Positions 1-10,942 of a stretch of DNA of 29,035 nucleotides are shown here, piece after piece. How positions within the stretch are numbered: the first letter of the stretch is position 1; every line of letters begins with the position of its first letter. This stretch comes from an uncultured Fibrobacterales bacterium (GTDB lineage Bacteria; Fibrobacterota; Fibrobacteria; Fibrobacterales; CAWVXU01), in contig CAWVXU010000028.1 in the NCBI GenBank assembly GCA_963934255.1, positions 1 to 29,035 on the forward strand, given 5' to 3'. Below the pieces are notes generated by a model. It did no database searches. It saw nothing but the letters and a program-made list of their open reading frames with translations, and was not told where the DNA came from. The translations under genes and the position numbers were made by a program.

Positions 1-100
1 ATCTTTTATCTTGACCACCTTGCATGCGCAATTTACCTGATATTGCTCCAAAATTTTCAACATATTGCTCTTCCACAAACTTATAAAGCTCAGTATTCAT
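1..100 (-). CDS. 5' part of a hypothetical protein, truncated by the window edge (MNTELYKFVEEQYVENFGAISGKLRMQGGQDKR...)
   Basis: Read manually: ATG at 100-98 with an SD-like AAGGTGG just upstream. The frame is open to the window edge and is divergent from the ECF gene. Too short for the ORF track. Confidence 0.55.
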   Translation of the reverse strand, partial: MNTELYKFVEEQYVENFGAISGKLRMQGGQDKR

Positions 101-147
101 CTATTCCACCTTGTTAGTTCATTTAAAAATAGAATATTATTTCGACT

Positions 148-175
148 TAACATTTACTCTATATGATTCGTCTAA
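148..175 (+). promoter_or_regulatory. ECF-type promoter (TAAC-N17-CGTCTAA), probably autoregulatory
   Basis: AAC at 149-151 and CGTCTAA at 169-175, 17 nt apart. This matches the general ECF AAC/CGT promoter pattern and lies 76 nt upstream of an ECF gene. Confidence 0.6.
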
Positions 176-251
176 ATTAACATAAAGTATATAATTATAT
201 ATTTCATTATAAGTTTAATTATATTATTGTTGAAATTAATTTAAGGTACAT

Positions 252-746
252 ATGCAATTTAACAGAAATTATAAGCAGCGACTCAATCGACTTTACACTT
301 TCTATCACAGAATTGTATTTATTCATTGTCTAAAAATATTACAAAATGAACAAATCGCTCATGATATGACTCAAGATATATTTATAAAGATTCATAAAAA
401 TTTGCCTTCGTTTAGAGGTGATTCAAAATATTCAACTTGGATACACACAATCACAAAAAACACCTGTTATGATCACTTAAGAAATACAAAAAGACGGTTT
501 TTTCTCCTAGAGGAGCCCAAAAATTATCTTTGGAATTTGGAGAAGGACTCTGGTAATGACACATTCATACGCGCAGTGCTCACAAAAGAACTTGAACGTA
601 TTCCAACAGTTTTGGCTAAAATACTTCACCTTAAATATATGATGGGTTTAAATCAAAGTGAGATTGCCATTGAACTAGGTATTTCAAGAGTAGCTGTGTC
701 TAAACGTATCCAAAATCATTTTCGTCGAAAACATAAAGATGAATAA
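252..746 (+). CDS. ECF (group 4) RNA polymerase sigma-70 factor
   Basis: Region 2 AHDMTQDIFIKI...FRGDSKYSTWIHTITKNTCYDHLR; region 4 HTH LKYMMGLNQSEIAIELGISRVAVSKRI; 164 aa. Confidence 0.9.
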   Translation: MQFNRNYKQRLNRLYTFYHRIVFIHCLKILQNEQIAHDMTQDIFIKIHKNLPSFRGDSKYSTWIHTITKNTCYDHLRNTKRRFFLLEEPKNYLWNLEKDSGNDTFIRAVLTKELERIPTVLAKILHLKYMMGLNQSEIAIELGISRVAVSKRIQNHFRRKHKDE

Positions 747-764
747 AATAATTATATTCTTACA

Positions 765-1316
765 ATGCTAAATTATACATTTCATCACTTAATTGAACAT
801 CCTCAATTAATCAAGGAGCTTTCAATTCTATTAGAGCAAGAATGGCCTCAAGATAAATCATCTTGGTATGACATACTGGCTAATAGAATTGAAGTTGACC
901 AACTCTCTCAGACTTGGATTTTACGTGAGAAACGCGTTGAAGCCAATGAAGTACTAACTAAACAGAAAATAATTGCATCAGTCTGTTTAATTGAGGACTC
1001 AAAAGCTCCAACTTCATTAGCTCGACCAAATTTTGTAGAAAATACTCAGTCAAATACAGTTATATGGATTGATTCTCTTTGGGTTCATCCAAGCTTTAGA
1101 TCAAGAGGTTTATCTACATCACTTATAAGAGAAATAATAAAGGAATTAAGCGGACCTTTTTTTGATTTTTGTCATAACAATATCCACATTTTGACTCACA
1201 CTAATAATGCAGATTATGTTTTTAAAAAATTAAACTTTGAAGCCTATAATAAGGTAGAGAGTCATTATAATTTGGTAGGCAGAAGCTACCATAAGCTTTA
1301 TAAGAAAACAATCTAA
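765..1316 (+). CDS. GNAT-family N-acetyltransferase
   Basis: Acetyl-CoA-binding motif A WIDSLWVHPSFRSRGLSTSLI; C-terminal FKKLNF resembles the GNAT YxKxGF motif. Confidence 0.8.
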   Translation: MLNYTFHHLIEHPQLIKELSILLEQEWPQDKSSWYDILANRIEVDQLSQTWILREKRVEANEVLTKQKIIASVCLIEDSKAPTSLARPNFVENTQSNTVIWIDSLWVHPSFRSRGLSTSLIREIIKELSGPFFDFCHNNIHILTHTNNADYVFKKLNFEAYNKVESHYNLVGRSYHKLYKKTI

Positions 1317-1322
1317 GCTTAT

Positions 1323-2060
1323 TTAAACATAAATAACTTTTGTTTTTAAGCTTGTTCCATCCCACTCAATATATCTCCATCCAGCATCTTGAGGTTCCAT
1401 TTCGAATTCAGGATTTGTCTGCGATATTCTCATTTGAGTTGATGGTGTCAAATAAACAGTCTTGTCGTTAAACTTCACTACTTTTTCAGTATGATAATGC
1501 CCAACAAAAATGTTCTTTATGTTAGGTATATCATTTATGAAAGATTGTGTCTCTTTTAAGTTTCGAAGAGGATACTTCCTATCCATAAATTGACAACCAC
1601 AAAGTATAGGCGGGTGATGCATAAATAATAAGACTTCGTCTTCAATTTTGCTTGCTTGCTCTTTCAGCCACTGCAGCTGTTGTGTAGCAACTATATCAGG
1701 TTCAGAGTCCAAAAAGAATACAGGAAATCCTTTCAGATTCTTCTGGTAAAACAACATATAATTTTGGACATCTGCTCGAACACCAAATATGTTAGACATT
1801 CTTTCAACTGAATCATGATTACCAGCCATTACTAAATAAGGTAGTTTTTGATTATCTAAAACAACTTTAATCCATTCGTATGCCTCTGCTTCGCCGTAAT
1901 CCAAAGCCAAATCGCCAGATAATATAATGTAGTCTATATCTTTTGATTGTAAATCATCTAAAACCTTTAAAAATTCTGCACGAACATCTGTACCATTGTA
2001 CAAACCTTCTGTTGGACCTATATGTATGTCAGTTATCTGAGCTAATTTTAAAATTCCCAT
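1323..2060 (-). CDS. Calcineurin-like metallophosphoesterase, CpdA/Icc (3',5'-cyclic nucleotide phosphodiesterase) type
   Basis: Motifs ITDIH, SGDL, GNHD, FMHHPP, GHYH. The likely start is the ATG of MGILK (2060); the ORF track extends to 2087. Confidence 0.85.
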   Translation of the reverse strand: MGILKLAQITDIHIGPTEGLYNGTDVRAEFLKVLDDLQSKDIDYIILSGDLALDYGEAEAYEWIKVVLDNQKLPYLVMAGNHDSVERMSNIFGVRADVQNYMLFYQKNLKGFPVFFLDSEPDIVATQQLQWLKEQASKIEDEVLLFMHHPPILCGCQFMDRKYPLRNLKETQSFINDIPNIKNIFVGHYHTEKVVKFNDKTVYLTPSTQMRISQTNPEFEMEPQDAGWRYIEWDGTSLKTKVIYV

Positions 2061-2645
2061 TTCTTTATTATAAGTATTTTTTAACACCTTGCACCATACA
2101 ATTTTAAAAATTTATCCACTTTATTTTCAATACCTTAAAAATTAATTCGATTAAATGTTAATTAGTACTTAAAATAGATTTTCAACACTATTCACATTGA
2201 AAACAATGCAATATTCTCACACATATACTAGTATTTTCAGTGTTTATAACATTTTAAAAATGCACCTAAATCATTTAAAATCAGTTGCTTATAGTTATTT
2301 AATTCGGCTTCTTAAAAGTTTAAACACCTTTATAACTATCACTGATTTTATCTCTCTAATATTTTATATAAATGTGGACAAGAATTAACATCTTGGTAAC
2401 TAATTTCTTGTATTCATGATACAAAACAGAAGAAATAACCTATATATCACATTAATTAATTTCGTCGTTCTTAGGAGCTCTCTAGTGGTAGTCCTAGCCA
2501 CCTATTTATCAGCCAACTAGGCTCACTATCTTGCACTCTTTTGAGGCTTTAAAAGATTCCATAATCACACACCGATTTTTTTTTTTTTACAGTATTTGAA
2601 GAGTATTAACAATGCTTTTCTATTAACATCAACATATTATCTTTG

Positions 2646-2691
2646 ATAATTTAAAAAAGCTGACTCGGTTAAGAATCAGCTTTTAAATTAT
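2646..2691 (-). terminator. Intrinsic terminator of the par-atp run
   Basis: Minus strand reads GCUGAUUC-UUAACC-GAGUCAGC-UUUUUU with extended AT arms, 45 nt after the atpC stop. Confidence 0.85.
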
Positions 2692-2735
2692 TTAAACATT
2701 ATACTTTATACAATGGGCGAGATTCAAAATAGTCT

Positions 2736-2984
2736 TTATATTGCGTTCGCAAAGTCAGATAAAATATTTACCTGGTTGTTTGAAACTTCTACTAAACCAG
2801 ATTTTATAGAGAAAGCCACCATACCTTTGTCCTGTCGGATTTCAAGTCTGCCCTCTCCAAGTGCTGAAATAATTGCAGCATGGTTCTCAAGAACACCCAT
2901 TGATCCATCCAGGGCCGGAATCAGGATTGATTCTGCTGTGCCCTCGAATTGTTTGCCTTCTGGCGTGAGTAAAGTAACTTGCAT
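2736..2984 (-). CDS. atpC: F1 ATP synthase epsilon subunit (short, N-terminal beta-sandwich only)
   Basis: LLTPEG...IPALDGSMGVLENHA...SGLVEV; last gene of the atp cluster; 82 aa. Confidence 0.93.
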   Translation of the reverse strand: MQVTLLTPEGKQFEGTAESILIPALDGSMGVLENHAAIISALGEGRLEIRQDKGMVAFSIKSGLVEVSNNQVNILSDFANAI

Positions 2985-2992
2985 AATTTAAC

Positions 2993-5297
<2,305 letters not shown>

Positions 5298-5306
5298 GCG
5301 TTCCTT

Positions 5307-6830
5307 CTAACTCTCTTGGAAGATGCTTTTGAAGCTTTCAAGCATAGACTTGATTTGTGCTTCTAGTTCATCATCAATTTTTTGCTTGTCGTGAATAGAC
5401 TTAACGATATCTGAGTTATTATTCTCAAGATAGACCATTAACTCTTTTTCAAAGCGCACAACATCAGTCACTGCAACGTCAGCTAGGTAGTTGTTTACAC
5501 CAGCGTAGATAATCACGATAGTTTTTGCGATATCGTAAGGATTACCTTCAGCTTGTTTAAGGATTTGCGTAAGACGCTCACCTTGTGCAAGTTGTGCTTG
5601 TGTCGCTTTATCAAGATCTGAAGCAAACTGAGAGAATGCTGCAAGCTCACGATAAGTAGCAAGTATAAGTTTTAGTTTACCAGCAACCTGTTTTGTTGCT
5701 TTAATTTGTGCGTCTCCACCAACACGTGATACAGAAAGACCAACGTCAACCGCAGGACGAAGTCCAGAGTTAAATAGGTTTGTATCAAGGAAGATTTGAC
5801 CATCAGTTATTGAAATAACATTTGTTGGGATGTATGCAGATACATCACCAGCTTGAGTCTCAATAATTGGAAGAGCAGTAAGTGATCCACCGCCTTCTTT
5901 TTCTGACATCTTAGCTGCACGTTCAAGTAAACGTGAGTGTAAGTAAAAAACGTCACCAGGATATGCTTCACGACCTGGGGGACGACGCAGTAACAATGAC
6001 ATTTGACGGTATGCTTGTGCATGTTTAGTCAAGTCATCATAAATTACTAACGCGTGCTGTCCGTTGAGCATGTAGTATTCACCAAGTGTTGCACCAACAT
6101 ATGGAGCAAGGTATTGCATTGGTGCTGATTCCGATGCAGTTGCAGTTACAATAGTCGTATACTCAAGTGCGCCAGCTTCTCTTAAAGTTTGAACAACCTG
6201 GGCGATCGTTGAAGCTTTCTGTCCGATAGCAACATAGATACATTTAACATCTTTACCTTTTTGGTTGATAATTGTATCAAGTGCGATGGTCGTTTTACCA
6301 GTCTTACGGTCACCGATAATTAATTCACGTTGACCACGTCCAACAGGAATCATACCATCAATAGATTTGATTCCAGTTTCCATTGGTTCGTGAACGTCCA
6401 TACGTTCGATAATACCGGGTGCTTTAACTTCGATAAGACGAGTATGTTCTGAAACTATTGCAGGTCCGCCATCGATAGCATGTCCTACAGAGTTTATAAC
6501 ACGACCAAGAGTGGCCGGTCCAACTTTGACAGAAGCTACTTCTTCGGTACGAACTACTTCGTCACCTTCAGAAACTACTGCAGCCTCACCAAGGATAGCT
6601 ACACCAATGTTATCTGCTTCTAAGTTGAGAACAAGGCCACGTAAGCCATTTCGTCCTTTAAATTCTACTAGTTCACCAGCCATCACATTCGATAGCCCAT
6701 GAACACGTGCAATTCCGTCACCCACTTGGAGTACGGTTCCTACTTCGTAGGAGTCTCCCTCTGCTTTGAAAGATTCTAGTTCTTTCAAGAGGATGGAAGA
6801 AATTTCATCGGGTCTAATTGAAGTACTCAT
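5307..6830 (-). CDS. atpA: F1 ATP synthase alpha subunit
   Basis: [48 protein letters not shown]. Confidence 0.98.
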   Translation of the reverse strand: MSTSIRPDEISSILLKELESFKAEGDSYEVGTVLQVGDGIARVHGLSNVMAGELVEFKGRNGLRGLVLNLEADNIGVAILGEAAVVSEGDEVVRTEEVASVKVGPATLGRVINSVGHAIDGGPAIVSEHTRLIEVKAPGIIERMDVHEPMETGIKSIDGMIPVGRGQRELIIGDRKTGKTTIALDTIINQKGKDVKCIYVAIGQKASTIAQVVQTLREAGALEYTTIVTATASESAPMQYLAPYVGATLGEYYMLNGQHALVIYDDLTKHAQAYRQMSLLLRRPPGREAYPGDVFYLHSRLLERAAKMSEKEGGGSLTALPIIETQAGDVSAYIPTNVISITDGQIFLDTNLFNSGLRPAVDVGLSVSRVGGDAQIKATKQVAGKLKLILATYRELAAFSQFASDLDKATQAQLAQGERLTQILKQAEGNPYDIAKTIVIIYAGVNNYLADVAVTDVVRFEKELMVYLENNNSDIVKSIHDKQKIDDELEAQIKSMLESFKSIFQES

Positions 6831-6847
6831 TCTTCGTTCCTTAAGCT

Positions 6848-7384
6848 CTAGGCGAGCAACTCTTTTTTCAAAGATTGAAGTTTGTTTTTGATTGACCAGT
6901 CGATCACATTGTCATCAATTTGGATTTTAAAACCACCAAGTAGTGTAGAGTCAATTTGATTTTCTAATTCAAATGAACTATCACTTACTTTTTCAAAATG
7001 TTCTTTAAGTTTGTTGATTTGGCTCTCATTAAGTGCAATAGAACTAAAAACAGTAGCGAGTTTGATACCGCGTTGTTTTTGTACTAGTTCAATGAAAGAT
7101 TTCGCTATGTGCATGAGATAATGCAAACGATTCTTCCTTACGAGTAATGAAATAAAATTCAACGAAAGCTCTTGCAGATGTTTAGACAAAACATTTGTAA
7201 GAAACTCTTGCTTGCGCTTGAGTTTTACAGTTGGATTGACTAAGAAGTGTTGAAAGTCTTCATGTTTATCAAACAGATCAACAAGAGTATGATAGTCCTG
7301 TAAAACAGAATCTAAATTTCCAACTTTTTTAGCTGCTAGATACAAGGTCTTAGCATAACGTTCTGCAATTGAACTTTGTTTCAT
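6848..7384 (-). CDS. atpH: F1 ATP synthase delta subunit
   Basis: [10 protein letters not shown]...[17 protein letters not shown]; position between atpF and atpA; start MKQSS. Confidence 0.93.
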   Translation of the reverse strand: MKQSSIAERYAKTLYLAAKKVGNLDSVLQDYHTLVDLFDKHEDFQHFLVNPTVKLKRKQEFLTNVLSKHLQELSLNFISLLVRKNRLHYLMHIAKSFIELVQKQRGIKLATVFSSIALNESQINKLKEHFEKVSDSSFELENQIDSTLLGGFKIQIDDNVIDWSIKNKLQSLKKELLA

Positions 7385-7385
7385 C

Positions 7386-7967
7386 TCAAGCCTCAATTTT
7401 CTCAATGTACTGATCTACAAGTTTTGCAGATGCAGCAGCATCAAGTTTTTCTTCTAACAACTTTTCAGCGGCACCAATAGCAAGTGTAACTACTGTTTGT
7501 TTTAGTTCGGCGATGGCTGATTCCTTCATAGCGGAAATTTCAGCCTCTGCAGATTTAATGATTGAATTTTTCTCTTCAATAGCACTTTGTTCAAGACGGC
7601 GCTTAAACTCTTCTGCAGTTTTTTTGGACTCTGCTACTATCTCTGCTGCTTCTGTCTTTGACTGAGTAAGCACTGCTTTTTGTTCGTCCGCGATTTTCTT
7701 AGACTCATTGCGTGCTTGCTCAGCAGATTCCATAGAAGACTTGATCTCACGGTCGCGTTCATCGATTGAATCAATGATAGGTTTCCATGCAAATTTCTTA
7801 AGAATCAAAAGCAGGATAAAGAAAGTAACTAGTGACCAAATGCCGACACCAGGATCAAATTGCAACAAAGGATTACCACTGCTCTGAGATTCGCCTTTAG
7901 CTTCGGTAGAAGCATGCGTCTCAGTAGTAGCATTTGCTGCAAGCTGTATTGGTATATTGTCAGGCAT
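7386..7967 (-). CDS. atpF: F0 ATP synthase b subunit
   Basis: DPGVGIWSLVTFFILLLILKKFAWKPI transmembrane segment followed by a long coiled coil; has an N-terminal extension. Confidence 0.95.
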   Translation of the reverse strand: MPDNIPIQLAANATTETHASTEAKGESQSSGNPLLQFDPGVGIWSLVTFFILLLILKKFAWKPIIDSIDERDREIKSSMESAEQARNESKKIADEQKAVLTQSKTEAAEIVAESKKTAEEFKRRLEQSAIEEKNSIIKSAEAEISAMKESAIAELKQTVVTLAIGAAEKLLEEKLDAAASAKLVDQYIEKIEA

Positions 7968-7992
7968 AATCGACCTTTACTTTAAAATTAAA

Positions 7993-8199
7993 TTATTTAA
8001 GTGCTAGTAATAAACAAACAACTACACCAAAAAGAGCAACACCTTCAACAAGTGCAGCAGCAATGATCATTGCTGTTTGAATTTTAGCTGTAGCTTCTGG
8101 CTGGCGAGCGATGCCTTCCATTGCTTTAGAAGCAAGAAGTCCGATACCTAAACCTGCGCCAATAACTGATAGTCCTGCACCGATAGCTGCATATTCCAT
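7993..8199 (-). CDS. atpE: F0 ATP synthase c subunit (H+-type signature)
   Basis: GAGLGIG glycine motif, ARQPE loop, ion-binding Glu in LVEGVA with no Na+-type E-S/T; AGGAG SD. Confidence 0.97.
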   Translation of the reverse strand: MEYAAIGAGLSVIGAGLGIGLLASKAMEGIARQPEATAKIQTAMIIAAALVEGVALFGVVVCLLLALK

Positions 8200-8240
8200 G
8201 TTTTTCTCCTTATTTGAGATTTTGATTTGTAATTAAAATT

Positions 8241-9110
8241 TTAGTGATCCTGTGTAATAGCAGATCCGACAAACAATGTAGTTAAAAGTGTAAACACATA
8301 AGCTTGTAAAAATGATACTAGTACTTCAATAGAATAAATAAATAATGCGAAAGCTATTGAACCAGGCGCAACATATATTGTTTTAAGCATTCCAATCAAT
8401 CCGAGGAGTGAGAGAATTATAAAGTGACCAGCTGACATGTTAGCAAAAAGACGAATACCTAGCGCAACAGATTTTGTAAGTAAACCAATTAATTCAATTG
8501 GAAATAAAATAATAACGATAGGAGCAGGTACTCCGTGAGGCACAAGATTCTTGATATAGTTGATAGGCCCGTTGTTGATCATTCCAGCAATATTGAAAAC
8601 AATAAAAACCATCAATGCCATGACTCCAGTAAAGTTGGGGTTAGCAGTAACAGTCGACATACCCGGGATGAGTCCAAAAAGATTGAGAGTTAGAATAAAA
8701 AAGAAAATTGTACAAGCAAATGGCAACCATTTGGCTCCGTGTTTTTTACCAATATTCGGTATTACAAGATCTTCACGAATGAAAGATACAAGAGCTTCAA
8801 CAGCGTGTCCCCATCGAGATGTTGGAACTTTATTCTTGCGGCTGGTAGCCATTTTTAATAAAGGAACCAGAACTATGATAGATAGTATCAGCATGATTGT
8901 GTGTAGTGAAGGGTAGAAGTTGATACCCCCAATTAACCATTCACCTCTTAAATCTAAATGTCCGTATTTAGGGAAGAAATGCCACACTTCACGAGAGTCG
9001 GCAATATGCCCTAGCATGAAATCACCAAGGTTATCGCCTCCAGCAAACGTGCTTGAGGCCCCTAAGCCAACTAGTGCAGAAATCGAAGATAGAAGTTTCA
9101 TTTTTCTCAT
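8241..9110 (-). CDS. atpB: F0 ATP synthase a subunit
   Basis: NLFGLIP, TAN, LGIRLFANMSAGH (essential Arg), FLQAYVFTLL. Confidence 0.97.
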   Translation of the reverse strand: MRKMKLLSSISALVGLGASSTFAGGDNLGDFMLGHIADSREVWHFFPKYGHLDLRGEWLIGGINFYPSLHTIMLILSIIVLVPLLKMATSRKNKVPTSRWGHAVEALVSFIREDLVIPNIGKKHGAKWLPFACTIFFFILTLNLFGLIPGMSTVTANPNFTGVMALMVFIVFNIAGMINNGPINYIKNLVPHGVPAPIVIILFPIELIGLLTKSVALGIRLFANMSAGHFIILSLLGLIGMLKTIYVAPGSIAFALFIYSIEVLVSFLQAYVFTLLTTLFVGSAITQDH

Positions 9111-9484
9111 TTACTTATCGAAGTTTTAACCAAGGTTTTGACCGCATATGCTTCCGCAACAAAAAATTTTACAATCACTATTAATACCCAGACTACAGTA
9201 TCTTCTTGCCTTAAGGTGTTTTGGCTTAGATAAAATACCATTGCCACCACAAAAAGCTTCAGAGGAAAAAGAGCCATAAAAATTAGATGTCTTTTCTCTG
9301 AATCCCTTATTCTATAACATTTAATGAGGATAAAGTTCCATGCAATAAAAGTCAAGATAAGAGCTTGTGTTCTGTCTGCGCTCACTACAAACCCAAGTGA
9401 GTGTTGAGCCAATGTTATTAATCCAATAAAAATTAAATTCATAACAAAGATGTTAATTAAAAATTTTTTCATTCTAGAGCGCAT
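9107..9484 (-). CDS. AtpI-like membrane protein (about 4 transmembrane helices)
   Basis: Hydrophobic 125-aa ORF directly upstream of atpB with an ATGA overlap; the call rests mainly on position. Confidence 0.65.
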   Translation of the reverse strand: MRSRMKKFLINIFVMNLIFIGLITLAQHSLGFVVSADRTQALILTFIAWNFILIKCYRIRDSEKRHLIFMALFPLKLFVVAMVFYLSQNTLRQEDTVVWVLIVIVKFFVAEAYAVKTLVKTSISK

Positions 9485-9523
9485 AAAATATAAACTTTTG
9501 AATCAATTTTGTTAAAAATTTTG

Positions 9524-9718
9524 TCACTTTTGTAAATATTTCCAAATATGATAGATTGTGGTACCGATTGAAGTAAATGCTATTAAGACACCTACAAGAG
9601 TCATCCAAGGAAATAAGTCATATTTTTCATCTAGATACTGGCCTGCAAATATGAAAACGAGTAAGTTGATGAGTATAACCCATCCCAGACTGAGCGCTAT
9701 TCCAACAACTTTCCTCAC
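9524..9718 (-). CDS. AtpZ/AtpI-family (ATPase gene 1) small membrane protein
   Basis: GQYLDEKYDLFPWMTLVGVLIA matches the GxxLDxxxxTxPW family pattern; 2 transmembrane helices. Confidence 0.85.
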   Translation of the reverse strand: MRKVVGIALSLGWVILINLLVFIFAGQYLDEKYDLFPWMTLVGVLIAFTSIGTTIYHIWKYLQK

Positions 9719-9721
9719 AGA

Positions 9722-10102
9722 CTATAATGAACCTTTTTTTGATGTTGCAGATTTTGATGTAGACGAACCAGGGTTCATTTGACAACTACCTTCAAATGTA
9801 GCGCCTTCATTAATGACAAGTGATTTGGTTTTGATATCACCTTTAAGTTTACAGTTAGGTTCTAGAACACATTGACCAAGACATTCAATGTTGCCTGTGA
9901 TGAGACCATTGTGTGTAATTGATTGACTAAGAATATTCCCTTCTATCTCAGCACCATCAAGAATAACTAGATGAGCTTCACAATTTATATTTCCAATTAT
10001 TTTGCCAGCGACTCTTAGGTCGTTTGCTACATGGATGTCACCTGTTAGCACTGTGGTTTCTGAAAGTTGGGTGATAAGATTACTGTTATTTGTTTTTGAC
10101 AT
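9722..10102 (-). CDS. Bactofilin (polymer-forming cytoskeletal protein, CcmA family)
   Basis: Beta-helix repeats LTGDI, IIGNI, IEGNI, ITGNI, LKGDI and LVINEGATFEGSCQM. Start MSKTN has an AAGGA SD. Confidence 0.93.
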   Translation of the reverse strand: MSKTNNSNLITQLSETTVLTGDIHVANDLRVAGKIIGNINCEAHLVILDGAEIEGNILSQSITHNGLITGNIECLGQCVLEPNCKLKGDIKTKSLVINEGATFEGSCQMNPGSSTSKSATSKKGSL

Positions 10103-10934
10103 TTTTAATTTCCTTGATTTCCTCTTCTGATTTTTTACCAAAATAATTCTCAGGATTGAGGTTTTCATTGTTGTGAATGACTTCGTAATGTAAGTGCGGT
10201 CCTGTGGTGTTTCCAGTCATACCTATCATTCCAATATTTCGGCCTCGCTCAACAAAGTCGCCTTTGTTAATTAATATTTTATTGAGATGTGCATAAACTG
10301 TTTGGTAATTATCGCTGTGGTCTATTGTAATCGTTTTACCCAGGTCATCTTTCCAGCCTGAAAATGTAACGACTCCAGGTGCTGTGGAGTAAATAGGGTC
10401 ATTTAATATAGCTGCTATATCTACGCCTGGGTGTTTTTGGTCGAGTGAAAAGGTATTGGTTAAAATCCCTATAACTGGTTGGATGTTAGGAATCTTTCCT
10501 TTGTTTTCTTTTTGGTCTAAATAGTTTGTTTGTATTGATTTGACGTATTCTTCAATATCTTTATTTTCTAGTAACTTCAATTGAGTTTGTTTGTTTTTTT
10601 GAAAAGAGTCAGTCATCTTTGTTATTTTTAGAATTTGAGCTAATTCTTTTAACCTTTGATGCTTGGTTTGCATCTTATCAAGTCGTTTTATTGATTGCTG
10701 CAAGTCGTTGTTTTCACTGATGAGGTATTTCGTTTGGTTTTTTAGTGCATCTAGTTCTCTTAATTGTATTGCTATGTCAGTAGAATAGACAACCACTAAT
10801 ATTCCTACACAGAAAATGAATACACCTCCCAATAACAATATTTTCAAAAACCATTTAGGAATACTAAAAGACTTAAGAGCTCCTGAACTGTCAGGGATAA
10901 TTTGAATTTTATAGTAGGATTTTTTAGTTTTCAT
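10086..10934 (-). CDS. Membrane-anchored M23 (LytM) metallopeptidase
   Basis: N-terminal transmembrane helix and coiled coil; Zn ligands HPGVD (HxxxD) and GPHLHY (HxH); YAHL. Confidence 0.93.
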   Translation of the reverse strand: MKTKKSYYKIQIIPDSSGALKSFSIPKWFLKILLLGGVFIFCVGILVVVYSTDIAIQLRELDALKNQTKYLISENNDLQQSIKRLDKMQTKHQRLKELAQILKITKMTDSFQKNKQTQLKLLENKDIEEYVKSIQTNYLDQKENKGKIPNIQPVIGILTNTFSLDQKHPGVDIAAILNDPIYSTAPGVVTFSGWKDDLGKTITIDHSDNYQTVYAHLNKILINKGDFVERGRNIGMIGMTGNTTGPHLHYEVIHNNENLNPENYFGKKSEEEIKEIKNVKNK

Positions 10935-10942
10935 ATAAGTCT

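Noticed and set aside
2197..2388. 63-aa ORF in the AT-rich gap
   Set aside because: TTG start, no SD, composition typical of AT-rich non-coding DNA, no recognisable motif.
7993..8199. Possible Na+-translocating or N-ATPase
   Set aside because: The c subunit has E-G rather than the E-S/T plus Gln Na+ ligands, and the gene order is canonical with a separate delta subunit.
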